This document shows positions 48,601-58,903 of a stretch of 64,000 bases of DNA, piece after piece. Origin of the DNA: Harriotta raleighana. Its lineage: Eukaryota. Location: assembly GCA_050575255.1 (NCBI GenBank), contig JBNZDD010013702.1, positions 93,696-157,695 on the forward strand, in the 5' to 3' direction. The notes below the pieces were generated by a model. It was given only the letters and a program-made list of their open reading frames with translations. It did no database searches and was not told the DNA's origin. Numbering within the stretch: position 1 is the first letter of the stretch; every line of letters begins with the position of its first letter. Position numbers and translations under genes: made by a program.

Positions 48601-51600
48601 GATAAAATTGGTCATTCATTTGATGGTTGTTTGTGGGCCTGTTCCGTACGCTAATTAATTGCTGTGCCTGGCTACAAATACAGTCACTACACTTGACAAC
48701 AATTATCTGTGAAGCCCTTTGAGAGCTTTCAACATTTTTGGTGCATATAATGTATTATTATAGTAAGAAAATTCCTCATTGTCATAGTAATAATAATCCC
48801 CGCAATTGATATAGTGCCTTTTTCATGTCATTGAGAGCATTTCACAGAATATATTGTAAAGTGATGTGACTGTCTGTGTATTTTTGTGGGCGATATGCAA
48901 CATCTAATTAGCTTTATTGGATTGAAATCTGATATAAATTACTCTAATAATCATCTATATTCAAGGGACATGGCAATGTATAGAATGAGACAAGAGATTC
49001 TGGCTTGTAGACAGTAGGATGTTTAATAAAAGATAAAATAGAAATTTGTAAATTGACTGAACAAGAAGCATTGCACAAAGCAAACCTGGGGAATGGATTT
49101 GATGCTGCCAATGGCTTATGGAGGTGTAGAATCTTATTCACCATTGAGAAATAGGCTTTAAATACTTTCCCTACCTTGTGGAAAGTGTGGCAAGAGCAGG
49201 GTGTGTGAAAATCTGTGACCTGAAATGCTGTCATCTTCATTACTAACCAAGAACTAATGGTTACACTGATGCAGCATCCAGTGGTTCGAGGGAAAGTTGT
49301 GGTTTTGAGTTCCTTGTACATGTCTTGACAATACACACTGGCTCCATCACTGCCTTTCCCCTCAGCCCACGGAGACCCTCATCTATGAATTTGTTACACC
49401 TGGGCTCGACTACACCAGCTCCCTGCTTGGTGATCTTACCAACTTTTCCCTCCACAAGCTGCTGATCATTCAGAATTCTGCAGCTCATGTCCTCTCCCTC
49501 ACTAGGCTCCGTGACCCTACAGCCCTCCACCACCATCCCCACCATCGCCCAGCTGCCTGTCCCCCAGAGGACACAATTCAGATTCCTTGTCCTCGACTTC
49601 AAAGCCCTTGGCCTTGCTCCTTCCTACCTCTCCAACCTGCTGTCGACTTGTCCGATCCCTCCGCTCCACTATATAAATGTAATTTGTTATTGCTATGGTC
49701 TAGTATGGTCTAGCGATCCAGAAGTTATTTTTTTAAAGTTTCCTCTCCCACTACCAATTAAAAGACTGGCCAATACAGGAGGGGGAGGTTTCCAACTCCC
49801 ACATGCTGTATGTACTGGACTAGAGTCAGTCAGTGCTCTACCACAGTCCAGTGAGTCTTAACAACAACAAATTACATTTGTATAGCTTTCACTTCAGGAG
49901 GCCATCCCGAGGCGCTAGACAGTCAGGGAGCCGAGCTGGTGGTTGAGATCAGGAGAGGTGGTGGACGGGGAGGATAGGGTTAGGGGGGACTGAAGACACA
50001 GTTGAAGAAGAGGGTCTTGAGATGTGTCTTGAAGGAGATAAGGGGAGGGTGGGGGGCGAAGAGAAGGGATTGTAAAAAGGAAGTTTCAGAGGGTGGGGGC
50101 AGAGAGGCTGAAGGCTTTCCTGCCAATAATTTACAGAGTTTACAACAGAGTTCGTTCTCCCTCGGCTTAATATCCAAGATTAAATTTGAAATGTGGGTGC
50201 GTTTTGCAAAGTGTTGTTGCTCAGTTTATTTATCCCAGCCATGGGAACACTCTATGACTACCTGTGGGATTGCTGCTGTGTTATGTTCAGAGAGCTGCAG
50301 AGAGCAGTCCACTGAAGTATATGAGACGGGGCGGGGAATGCATTGCTCACTGGGATTACAATGAGGCGCGTGTGCATCTGAGGATTGGAATGCCAGTGGT
50401 CATTGTGACAGTTCACCACAAGAGCTTGGCGCGAACTTTAAATCGAGCTGGTTTCGATCCAACAAATCTTTTATTTTCCCTTCGCAGCGGTAAGACACTT
50501 AACTTGTGTAGTGGCAGCACTTACAAGTCTAGTCAGAGCCTGACGCAACCAAATGCTGCTGAGTTTACGAGGCCTATTACCTCCCAAGGACACCCATCTA
50601 TGACCACGATACCCGTCATCATGCCTCCCATCCCCGCTCGCTATTTTATTTCAGGGGAAGCGTTGGAATCTGTTAAGTTCTGGTTGGCATTGCCAGGAAA
50701 GGGTGAACTGAACTACCTGCCCTCCTTCAAGTCCTACCTCAAAACTCTCCTCTTCGATGGTCCCTTTGGCAGCTCCTAATCCCCCCATTCCATTCCCTTC
50801 CCTCCCCACCCCATCCCCAACTCGGATCTGACGCAGTGACTCCAGCGCCTTGGGACGTCCTCCTGACGTGAAAGGCGTGATACAAGTGTAATTTTGTTGT
50901 GGTTGTTGTTGTTGTATTCACTGTATGCTCTTTGCCCATTGGGTTGAGCTGGAAGTTACCAGGCTGCTCAATCTGTGCTCAGAGAAATAGGACTCTGCAG
51001 CCCAGGGTGTGTGTTGATGCTCGACCACAAGAGCCTCCGCACCTGCACTCCAATCAGTACCACACGCCGTCGCCCCTGGAATGCGCTCTCTCTCTCTCTC
51101 TCTCTCTCACTCTCGAGATAGCGTGCAATAGCTCCGAGCCTGCAAAGCTGTCCCTGTGTGCAGAAGGTCATAACACAGGCAAAGTGTACCGTCATTTGCT
51201 GAATCAGCATTGTTCGAGCATGCATTAGGCCATGGGAATGCTCGGGGCTGGCCCCTGGGGACCTCAGCACAAATACCTCAGCTTTTCTGTGCTTTCAGCA
51301 GACCCCGGACCACACGACTGCAGCATCTGTGTGTGTTTGTGGGACACTGCTGTGTGCAATTTGGCTGCCGCGTTTCGCCCACAAATATACAGTCAATTTT
51401 TCCTATTCCTTTCCCTGAGCCCTCCCCCCCTACTTGATTGTACAGAGCCTTGGGATGTCCTCCCGACGTGAAAGGCGCTATATAAATAAAATTTTGATTG
51501 ATTGATTGATCTGCCTTTCTCGGCTCTTAACTCCAGCTGAACCCTCTGCCGTAGGTGCTCAATTGCTACACCCGCAAAATACACAGTCAATCCACCTTAC

Positions 51601-54600
51601 AATGTGTACGCTGTGAAACTTCAGCGATGTGAAAAGCTGCCCTGTCAAATATAATTATTATTATTCAGCCATCTCAAGCCCCCAATTTTGCCCACAAATA
51701 TACAGTCAATTCACCTCTGTCAAGCACTTGGAGACGTCGATAAGATGTGAAAAGCGCTATATCAAATGCAAGGATTATTATTTTTTATTGATTCCGTCGG
51801 TGTAACATTTCACCTGAAAGACACCAGCTCTCACACTGCAAGAGCTCACCCGCACTTCGTTGGTTTGTCAGCCTCACCTCAAAGCCCTCAGCAAAAATGA
51901 CTTGAACCCCTCCAACCTTTTGACCCAGAGAGAGGAGTGCTAGCGATTGACCCGAGCAAAATAATAATAGTAATAATAAATCGGTCGCTCAATCCCCAAC
52001 TGTTTATGGGACACTGCTGTGCACAATTGGCTGCCTCGTTTCACCCACAAAATACAGTATCAAATTACTTAAATTATATTCTGTGAAGCTCTTTGAGACG
52101 TCTCGAAGACTGGATAAGGCGCTGCATGAAATGCCAGGATTGTTATTGTTAAAATACCTTCTCTTTGAAAACTGTACGTGGGCCTTGAAAACATACTTTC
52201 CAGTATAAAAAGTGGCTATTGTTCTTTCAAATGAGGACGATGATGATAGCGTTACCTTACTGGGGAAGTGGGGAGTATTGGGGGGGCTGGGGAGGGGGAG
52301 GGGGAGGGGGGTTTAAATGGAATTGTACACAACTCTGTGCATGAAACTAGAATCCAGCAGTAATCGCCTCAAGGGATGGTCTGACTGCTGGCCCACTGAA
52401 TGGAATGTTGCTACTGGCATCACATCGCAAAATATGAGCAGAGCATAAAGGCAGGAATGGAAGCAGAACCAGAAGATTCTGGGTTGAGAAACTGACCTCA
52501 TTGCTCGTGCTGTGGGAAAGTCCTTAATTTCTTGTTCTTTTTGGCAAATTGCGTTTTTTGTGAAAGCGCCTTGGACATTGCAATCTTAGTGCAGGATCAG
52601 AGCTGGACAGTGTACGCAGACCGAACTCTCACAGCCATCCCGCAATGGAGGGAGACTGATGACAACCACAATAATAAAATTGGTCATTTCAATCCTCGAC
52701 TGTTTGTGGGACACTGCACGTTTTCAAAGAGAGCCCTTTAGAGAGGAAAAGCAACTGAATATCTTTCCTGCTTTAAGACCTGGGATTTTAGCTAATGTTG
52801 AAAGGTGCAAGTCTTGTTTTCTTTCAATCACTGTATTGACACCAGTCAATTTATCAGACAATTTACACACAGCAATAGAGTAATAATAATAATAATAGGA
52901 CATGCATTTGGTATAGTGCCTTATCACATTGCTGAGATGTCGCAATGAGCTTCACAAAATATACGGTAAAGAGAATTGACTGTTTATTTTGTGGGTGAAA
53001 ACCGGCAGACAGTTGCACTCAGCAATGTCCCACAAATAGTCGTGGATTGAGTGACCAATTTATTATTGTTTTTGGGTGGGATTATTACTCCTGGAAGAGC
53101 AATCTGCAGCTAGGTAACCAGAGGCATATGGAGTAAGGAAACTTGCCTGAGATGTTGCCCTGCTCAGGAAATGAACCCAGGTCGTCTCGCTTGCGAGGCG
53201 AGCGCACTAACCTATTCTTCAGGGACTTGAAATACCTTTGAAGGAAACGCCTCCTTCACCTACAAACTATAGTTTACAGAATATTTTTTAGAAGCGCTTT
53301 GTGATAACAAATGTATGAATTATTATTACTATTTATTATTATTATAATTGAGATAACTCTGAACATTTTGGTTGTCCATGTCCTGCAAGAAGCCCCTACA
53401 GAGAGGTAGTACTGAAAGAGTTAAGTGCGAACCTGCAAGCCTTGAGAAAAAGTGGCGAATGATCTGATCCTGTAGGTGGGCCTTTGATCAGAGACAGCTT
53501 TGGTTTGTTTGTTTGGTGTCTCCCCTTCGCACCCTTTGATGTCAGCAGCCTTATTGAAAGAGAAAGTGCTTCAAATCCGATCATATTGCTGTTTGGTGTT
53601 TTCTCAGAAGTCCCTTCTGTGGAACATCAATGTGCTTTCTGCTGCCAAGGCACCTCGACTGCGAAACAAGGATCAGTTCAGGAGATATGGGAGTCCCTCC
53701 CGTAGCCCCAGATTCCCTAGTGTTGGCTGGGGAGTTGGTGACCTTGCGACCCCGTTTGATCCCAGGGCTCTAGAGGGTAACTCTTTCAGTTTGCCCTTTG
53801 TGATATATTAGGCCAGTCCCCATCAAGGAGCAGGAATGCAGTGCTGTGATCTGCAGTCAGGGGAATCAGGCAGCTTGTGGAATCCCACGGGACGAGGTGT
53901 TGCTAAAGCTCCTCGCTGGGCTGCCTGACACATGCAAATGGCTGCCGTTTCCTGAGACAGCCCCGAAACAGGGTTTCAGTAAGGGTTGGACGCAGCGTTG
54001 ACTTTCCAGGGGTGGGAGGCTCGCTCACAGAGCTGCCACCTCACTGCATCGAATAGTAACTGGCAATGAACCGCTGACGGACAGGGTGACCCAGTAATTA
54101 AGAGTCTGGCTAGAGCATGGGTTCAACTTAGGACACAGTTGACCTATGGACAGGGTCAACTGTATTATCTTTCGATATTCTCTTCTACATGGCCTATCAT
54201 GTCTTGTGTCAGCCTGGCCTGGCTCAATTGGCAGCACTCTCTCCCCCAGGGTCGAGTTCTGTGGGTTCAAACCCCGCCTCGAGACTTTGTGAGTTCAGAG
54301 TCCGGCATTGTCAGAGGGATGATCGGAACAGATTGGCTGATAAATCTCTCTTTCCATTTGTCAGCTCAGGTAGTCATTAAAGATCCCAAGGCATGATTCG
54401 GAAACAAAAAATGGAGGTAAATTCAGATTCATTAATCTGCGCAAAGACGACTTCAGGGAGCGAGCAGTAAACTCGTGGAACAGGCTCCCTGAGAAGATAG
54501 TGGAAGCGGAAAATGTCACCTGTTTCAAGAACAAATCAGATAGATTCCTGCTAGAAAATAATATCTGGGAGGATACAGTGTATAGTTTGGGACACGACAT

Positions 54601-57600
54601 GTCAAGCGACTGCCAGGATGGTAGAAGGCGAACTAGGTGGATCTTGGTCTTGTTGCACCAGCAAATTCTTATGTTCTTCTAAGAAGAGAAGCAAGTTTTT
54701 GCAGTGTTCAGGCCAACAATCCCTCAGACACTCAGCTGTTTGAGGGACACTGCTATGCGCAAATACGTAATCACTACACTTAATTTTTTAAAATATTGCT
54801 GGGGCAATTTTGTGCTATTGAGGGAGGAATGTCAGCTCTGGGGAATAGAATATGTTATTATATTTTAGAGCTGGTTTCAGCATCAAGCAGTTAGACCAAA
54901 TAAAATTCTGTATGCTCATTAAAACTCCCTCTGGACTATCTCAAAATAGGCAATAACTCCAAGGTCCGAATAATCCCCTCTTTAATAGGACGTCTAGTAC
55001 CTGACTCGTTAAAGAACATCCAGTGTCTGATTCTTAAAGGAACATCCAGTCAGTTTTGTGGCTCAATAACTGTTGTGCAATGTTTTCTCAATTGTGCACA
55101 ACAGTTCTCACTAGGTTTAAAAACGATGGCACAGCAAATGTCTGTTGCAACCCATTCCTCATCGCTGGCGTGTCATTTAATTTGGATAAATTACCCAGTG
55201 TGAGCCAACTCGGATAAATTAAAGGAATGCCATTGTCTCAAAGATACTTGTCACAATTCCATGCGAATATTCCTTGCTGTGTTCCTCGGGACATCCCTGA
55301 AAGATTGGGATTTTCTGGGCACACGTTTGAAAACTTTCCTACAGTTCCTCGGGACTCTTCGTCTGTGCCAGCGTCAGGCTTGAGGTACTGTTATCATTTG
55401 AGAAGTGGATTCCAAAACCGCAGTGCAATGCCCGGGGCAGATCTCACTGCGAATACAAATGTCACTGCTCAGATCGGCAGCCCACGCTTCATTTGCTGTT
55501 GGATCATGTGAGTCAGTGAATGGACAATTCTGCTGTGCAAAAGCTTGAGAAAATGTTTGAGTGCCAAACAGCGCCATTGACCATTACAGGGTTAACAGGG
55601 TGCTCCACTGGACATTGGTCCCATCACTATCATTACATGCCCTGCAAAGTCTGTGAAGGCTGTCTGTGAAGGGGGATGTTACAGGAATGCTTTGGTTATA
55701 GTAGCTGAGCAACAATCTTCTAAAGATGTAATAAAAGTACGTCAAGTGTGAAGAGGCGCTTTGATCAGGGCTTTGTAAGTCCAAAGAAGAAAGAAAATCC
55801 CTGACTTTAATCCTGTGAATGGGAATTGAAAAGTTTAGGTTGATCATTAGCTCTGTGGGGCGAGCACATCAATGCATGGTCCCCGAGAAAGGAAGAGAGT
55901 GGTGTGTGGGGTAATGAATGCAATTCACAACGTACATGTGAATGAATAGCATATCCGTTAGGCCTACGAAGCGCCTCACACACTGCAAAAATGCATATCA
56001 CATCCTCTGTAACTTTACACATAGTCGCAGGGATGGACATGCCATTAATGTGCCTGTATTCCCTTCTCTCAAATTCCTCTTGAGTTTGTAGAAATCAGTC
56101 GCAGGCTTGATCAAAATAAACTCATGGCCTTATAAAATCAAATCAAAGTAATCCTAATAATTGTAATTTGGTCACTTAATTCACGAGTCTTTGTTGGACA
56201 CTCCCGTGCGCAATTGATATGCAGTCAATTCACTTTACAGATAATTCTGCAAAGAGCTTTGAGACGTCTCGAAGACACGATAAGGCGCTATATCAAGCAC
56301 GCTGATTTTTCTTTTGAAAAATGTGTTTTAAATAAAATTCAAAACACAAGATTCAGGCCGAGTTTCAGCCTGCTTTTTCCTGAGTGGTGCAGTGAAATGA
56401 TTTCCTGTTGATTTCAGTCTGACGTGAAAGGCGCTATATAAATGTAATTTTGTTGTTGTTGTCGTCGTTGTTGCTGGCTGGTTTGCCCTGCGCAGATTGA
56501 TCCAGGATTGAATGGCAGCCTGAGCATCCTCAAGGTTGTGTGTCCCTGGGCAAAGCTGAGGGGAAGCAGACAGAATTACCTCTCTCAATCTAGAACAAAT
56601 GGCCTTTTTAGAAACTGCACCTGGATTCGATGTCAAATGATCATAGCACCAGCCTTCGCTATGGTGAACTTCATTGTTGAATAGCTTACTTACCAGCACT
56701 CACTGTCCAGGATCCTACATTTAGAATTGCCTTTGGGTGAAGTGGTAGTGAACTATAATCTGTGTCTCCTTTAAGAGAGAAATCGATAGTAGGGGAATTA
56801 CAAAGAAGAGTGCTCTGCTGTTGTACCAAGAAAATTGTCAGAAATAAAATATAATAAAACGAAAGTGGTGGGAGAGATGCTATGCTGTATGTGGTTTAGA
56901 GTTGCTGATTGTATCACTGCCCGTCTGGGAGCCTTGCTGAAACACTTTGCTGTTTGTGCTTTAAATCAGTGAGAAGCATCTTCAGCAAACTAAACACTGA
57001 GGAGTTCACACACTCTCAATTACGGGCTCGAACAGGGTGGTCCTCGTCCCACTCTGCAGATTTTCTAAACTGATGAAATGAAGAGGACTGGAGGTTGTCG
57101 GGCTGTTATGGGTCGCCGATCATTAAGCACAAGTTTGACTGTATTTGAGATTAGCTGTTAACACAGACATAACAACGCAGCCTCTGTGGGAATGACAGAG
57201 AAAATGTGTCACTGGTTGGTCTGGCCTTTTCCGAGATCAGCTGATAGACTTCCACTTGCTGATTCTGCGGACAGATCTTGTGGTTGTCAATGGAGGTCCT
57301 TTGTGTTTTAACCTTTGTGACCTCAGTGAACGTAGGTTTCTCTGTATCCCCCACTCCCCAAAATAAGCCGTTAGCTTCACTGGGCCTCGCTTCACTTCCA
57401 GCATCTAGTCCACATTCCTCAACAATGGGGCTTTCCACTAATCTGGCAGGAAAGATCCAGGTCTAGATAAGAAGTAAAATGAACTTGGAAAGTGGATTGA
57501 CTGTGTATTTTGTGGATGAAACATGGCAGCTCAGTTGCTCACAGCAACACCCCACAAACGGTTATGGATTCAGTGACCAGATAATTTTTTGAGGGGCTGT

Positions 57601-58903
57601 TACCCTCGGAAAGCGATCCGCCAATCGACTTAACAAGTCGGGTACCAATTCACTGTTAGGTAAACAGAGATATGTGGAGTAAGGAAACTTTGCTTCACTG
57701 GGGGAATCAAAACCAGTTCCTCTCACTTGCGTGGCGAGCACTCGCAACCAATTCTCTCCAGGACTCCTGGAAGCGAAGAATCCAGGAACATTTTCCATCA
57801 ATTGACTGAGAAGCTGATGGGTGTTGACTATTTTTTCCCAGGGTCACACCTCATTGTTAGCAGGGTGAACTCCATGCACTCATCCAGCCTCTCGGCGCCC
57901 ATTTCAACATGCAGCGACGGTAGTGAGTCAAAAGTAATTAGCAGCTTCCATTACAAGTGAAAGCTTGTCCTTTGTGTCACAATAAAAAATGATTGCTATT
58001 AATTTCTTCTCAAATTCCTGATGTGTTTGTAAATCGTTTTAGCACACTCACTGTGTTATCATTAACCAATGCAGACTGTCTGGGATATTTGATGGTTCCT
58101 GGACGTAGTCACCTGGCTACCGAATGTATCCTACAGTCTTATTAAAGTGTGTCTTTTTTCCTTCCAGATCGCCCGGGAAGAAGGGAGAGTTATTCTGACC
58201 TGTGGCATGCCTTATCAAGTGGTGGGTTTCTATCAAATCATGCTATTAACATATGTGTCTGAGTAGAAGTAATAGCCAGAGGAGTGGTTGCAGGGCTAAG
58301 GGCACAGAGCATTCTTTCACTCTGGTTTGCGTAGGTTTTTGGAAACACTGCTGAGAGCGGAGAAGACTAGGGAATTCAAGAGCGGTTTCACCTGACTGAG
58401 AACAGGGTGACGGGGAAAGACGAGCAGTCTGCTCACTGGCCAGACCACTGATTCACACCAGCGAATGAATAGGTTTGCAGAGAGTTGGGATCATGGAGAT
58501 ATTTGGACATTACAGAGATATATAAATAAAATGTTGATTGATTGATATTAGGGACACAAAATTGAATCAGTCAGAGCTGCAATTTGCATTACGCAATCAC
58601 TGAGGTTCCCAAGCCTCAGCCCTTGACCACCTTCACCGAACTCTCCTTGTTGAAAATCCATGGCACAAATTTTCTATCAAGTGTTATTTTATAGGAAACA
58701 AGGCTTGAAAGGAAAAAGGTACAGTTTCCCCTTGGGGTTCCTCACAGTCCTCCTTCTCTCTTGCCTTTTAGCTGCGCTCCCAGGTGGGTGAAGGCCGTTG
58801 TTTCTATGTGAACTGCTCGGAGAAAGCCAAGGACCAGGCCATCAAGGTGCTGAAACACTTCAACGTACAGGTGACACCTGCGGATATCTTCAGCCGCTGT
58901 CAG
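10911..58903 (+). CDS. EXD3: Exonuclease mut-7 homolog (exonuclease 3'-5' domain-containing protein 3), partial, 16 spliced exons, 727 codons; start and stop not found in window
   Basis: Spliced translation is colinear with vertebrate EXD3 as I recall it: LREEAWRGF..., [10 protein letters not shown]..., GIDMEW (ExoI), GYGTAGDL (ExoII), [21 protein letters not shown] (ExoIII), [20 protein letters not shown] and IFSRCQ (Mut7-C). All junctions are AG/GT and phases join without frameshift or stop. Confidence 0.96.
11690..12366 (+). mobile_element. Young 5'-truncated L2 LINE (ORF2 C-terminus, C-rich region, stem-loop tail, (GTT)n)
   Basis: Uninterrupted frame [21 protein letters not shown]...IQNSAARVL...[24 protein letters not shown]...[17 protein letters not shown]...[10 protein letters not shown], diagnostic of the L2 clade. 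Confidence 0.95.
12223..12232. other. Assembly gap (10 N) in a poly-C tract
   Basis: [17 protein letters not shown] by C runs. Confidence 0.99.
12446..12613 (+). CDS. EXD3: EXD3 coding exon (168 nt, phase 0/0)
   Basis: ttacag| [56 protein letters not shown] |gtaagt. Confidence 0.92.
13480..13780 (+). mobile_element. L2 LINE 3' fragment
   Basis: tctggaactccatccc, ttcaaggccggtctcaagac and the gggacgtcctcccgacgtgaaagg...gttgttgtt tail, shared with 11690-12366. Confidence 0.85.
14028..14306 (+). repeat. Unclassified old dispersed repeat, copy 1 (inverted homologue at 46338-46574)
   Basis: Colinear shared blocks tgatgaca.acca.gcagcctggct.attggcag, actaatgg, gggaagcttgc, tccagcagt, aagccttg, aattct. 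Confidence 0.75.
15720..15738 (+). promoter_or_regulatory. Candidate CTCF binding site
   Basis: TGGACACTAGGTGGCGCTC closely matches the CTCF core consensus TGGCCASYAGRKGGCGCTA; motif match only. Confidence 0.5.
22296..22349 (+). CDS. EXD3: EXD3 coding exon (54 nt, phase 0/0)
   Basis: Polypyrimidine tract, ttttag| [18 protein letters not shown] |gtgagt; this frame is not in the ORF track. Confidence 0.9.
23106..23245 (+). CDS. EXD3: EXD3 coding exon (140 nt, phase 0/2)
   Basis: tgcag| [46 protein letters not shown]+AG |gtataa. Confidence 0.94.
24715..24893 (+). mobile_element. CR1 LINE 3' end
   Basis: [17 protein letters not shown]2 remnant, then gatgggccaaatggcctccttctgtgctgtaagattctatg. 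Confidence 0.8.
25717..25978 (+). mobile_element. Deu-domain SINE (younger family), head truncated
   Basis: gggcaagtttcctcactccacac, ttggtcatttcaatccacgactgtttgtgggacactgctgtgcgc, tail tgcaaggattattatt. Confidence 0.88.
26227..26327 (+). CDS. EXD3: EXD3 coding exon (101 nt, phase 2/1)
   Basis: ttttttctag| (R)[33 protein letters not shown]+G |gtagga. Confidence 0.93.
26530..26790 (-). mobile_element. Degenerate CR1 LINE 3' fragment
   Basis: Minus-strand translation [18 protein letters not shown] resembles the CR1 ORF2 C-terminal FFxQRVVxxWN motif. Confidence 0.65.
27994..28067 (+). CDS. EXD3: EXD3 coding exon (74 nt, phase 1/0)
   Basis: cttccccag| (A)[24 protein letters not shown] |gtgagt. 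Confidence 0.93.
28319..28357 (+). CDS. EXD3: EXD3 coding exon (39 nt, phase 0/0)
   Basis: ttcttctccacacag| [13 protein letters not shown] |gtctgt. Confidence 0.9.
28735..29035 (-). mobile_element. Older Deu-domain SINE (SacSINE1-like)
   Basis: Reverse complement has gcctggctcggttggtagcatttttgcctctgag head, gctgacagtccagtgtagtgctg and ggcactattcaaaaa. Confidence 0.72.
34808..34986 (+). repeat. Left arm of a local inverted repeat (partner 35999-36190)
   Basis: 34833-34850 and 34961-34980 are exact reverse complements of 36157-36174 and 36011-36030; the intervening sequence aligns with gaps. Confidence 0.9.
35046..35212 (+). CDS. EXD3: EXD3 coding exon (167 nt, phase 0/2)
   Basis: ttttcag| [55 protein letters not shown]+GT |gtgagt; the phase-2 donor is required to join the next exon. 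Confidence 0.91.
35672..35822 (+). CDS. EXD3: EXD3 coding exon (151 nt, phase 2/0)
   Basis: ttgtag| (V)[50 protein letters not shown] |gtcagt. Confidence 0.9.
35999..36190 (-). repeat. Right arm of the local inverted repeat (partner 34808-34986)
   Basis: ctcatattagaagcatgg, cagaacctttc and gtgtatgggcacatcagtgt are complementary to the left arm. Confidence 0.9.
36254..36467 (+). CDS. EXD3: EXD3 coding exon (214 nt, phase 0/1), exonuclease ExoI motif
   Basis: cctgcag| [41 protein letters not shown]...FTDPTITKL+G |gtatgt. Confidence 0.96.
36519..36825 (+). mobile_element. tRNA-headed SINE (younger family) with an internal (CA)n expansion
   Basis: tagtggttagagcaattgccttacaagtgcgagacctgggttccattcc head; starts about 50 nt after the ExoI exon donor. 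Confidence 0.82.
36947..37056 (+). CDS. EXD3: EXD3 coding exon (110 nt, phase 1/0), ExoII motif
   Basis: tttttcag| (G)[36 protein letters not shown] |gttctt. Confidence 0.94.
37947..38157 (+). CDS. EXD3: EXD3 coding exon (211 nt, phase 0/1)
   Basis: gttcag| LQKVPDRG...[39 protein letters not shown]+G |gttagc; an in-frame alternative acceptor 6 nt downstream (start 37953) is possible. Confidence 0.93.
38640..38990 (+). mobile_element. Older Deu-domain SINE interrupted by an antisense L2 3' tail (38678-38742)
   Basis: aggctgacactcca...[aacaacaacaaaattacatttatagagcgcctttcacgtcgggaggacgtcccaaggc]...taaagatcgc...gggacattgctatatgcaaattggctgcc. Confidence 0.72.
39044..39210 (+). CDS. EXD3: EXD3 coding exon (167 nt, phase 1/0), ExoIII motif
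   Basis: ttatgcag| (A)[23 protein letters not shown]...[20 protein letters not shown] |gtaggc. Confidence 0.94.
39225..39532 (+). mobile_element. Deu-domain SINE (younger family), head truncated
   Basis: ccttactccacgcgcc body, Deu core, tail tatcaaatgcaaggattattattatt. Confidence 0.85.
40459..40686 (+). CDS. EXD3: EXD3 coding exon (228 nt, phase 0/0), start of Mut7-C (PIN-like) domain
   Basis: ttattacag| RHERKSLP...[38 protein letters not shown] |gtcagt. Confidence 0.94.
41809..42131 (-). mobile_element. Full-length tRNA-headed Deu-domain SINE (younger family)
   Basis: Reverse complement tcctgtagctcagtggtaagagcactc...attcaaatcc head, through to tail. Confidence 0.9.
42222..42547 (-). mobile_element. 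Full-length tRNA-headed Deu-domain SINE (younger family), the best-preserved copy seen
   Basis: A box tggctcagtgg, B box gttcgaatcc, small gccttaca duplication, Deu core gctgtgcgcaattggctgccgcgttt, L2-like tail ending in (ATT)n. Confidence 0.93.
43400..43710 (+). mobile_element. L2 LINE 3' fragment
   Basis: [11 protein letters not shown]...[16 protein letters not shown] remnant and tail tataaatgcaagttgtt. Confidence 0.8.
46338..46574 (-). repeat. Unclassified old dispersed repeat, copy 2 (homologous to 14028-14306)
   Basis: Reverse complement aligns colinearly with copy 1 over about 240 nt. Confidence 0.75.
46866..47300 (+). mobile_element. Full-length older Deu-domain SINE (SacSINE1/LmeSINE1-like)
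   Basis: tRNA-like head ggctcagttggtagcgctctc..tctgagtcggaaggttgtg.gttca; Deu domain ttggaggtgc..ttcagat.agacattaa..taaagatc..gtgtcctggccaa..gcaaattggct; tail tcaaatgcaaggattatt. Confidence 0.85.
49350..49692 (+). mobile_element. Degenerate L2 LINE 3' fragment with internal deletion
   Basis: [14 protein letters not shown]...QNSAAHVL...[31 protein letters not shown]. Confidence 0.82.
52880..53228 (-). mobile_element. tRNA-headed Deu-domain SINE (younger family)
   Basis: ggagtaaggaaacttgcc body, head ggttagtgcgctcgcctcgcaagcgag...gggttcatttcc on the minus strand, (AAT)n tail. Confidence 0.85.
54395..54680 (+). mobile_element. CR1 LINE 3' fragment nested in an older Deu SINE (about 54207-54790)
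   Basis: [37 protein letters not shown] (CR1 ORF2 C-terminus), tail ttcttatgttctt; the SINE resumes on both sides (aaagatcccaaggca | aagaagag..ggccaacaatccctcag). Confidence 0.82.
57488..57768 (-). mobile_element. tRNA-headed SINE (younger family), degenerate
   Basis: gtggagtaaggaaact body plus decayed head and Deu core. Confidence 0.72.
58168..58221 (+). CDS. EXD3: EXD3 coding exon (54 nt, phase 0/0), Mut7-C domain
   Basis: ttttttccttccag| [18 protein letters not shown] |gtgggt; not in the ORF track; follows a 17.5-kb intron. Confidence 0.92.
58772..58903 (+). CDS. EXD3: EXD3 coding exon (132 nt, phase 0/0), Mut7-C domain up to the first Zn-ribbon Cys
   Basis: ccttttag| [44 protein letters not shown] |gtagga. 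Confidence 0.95.
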
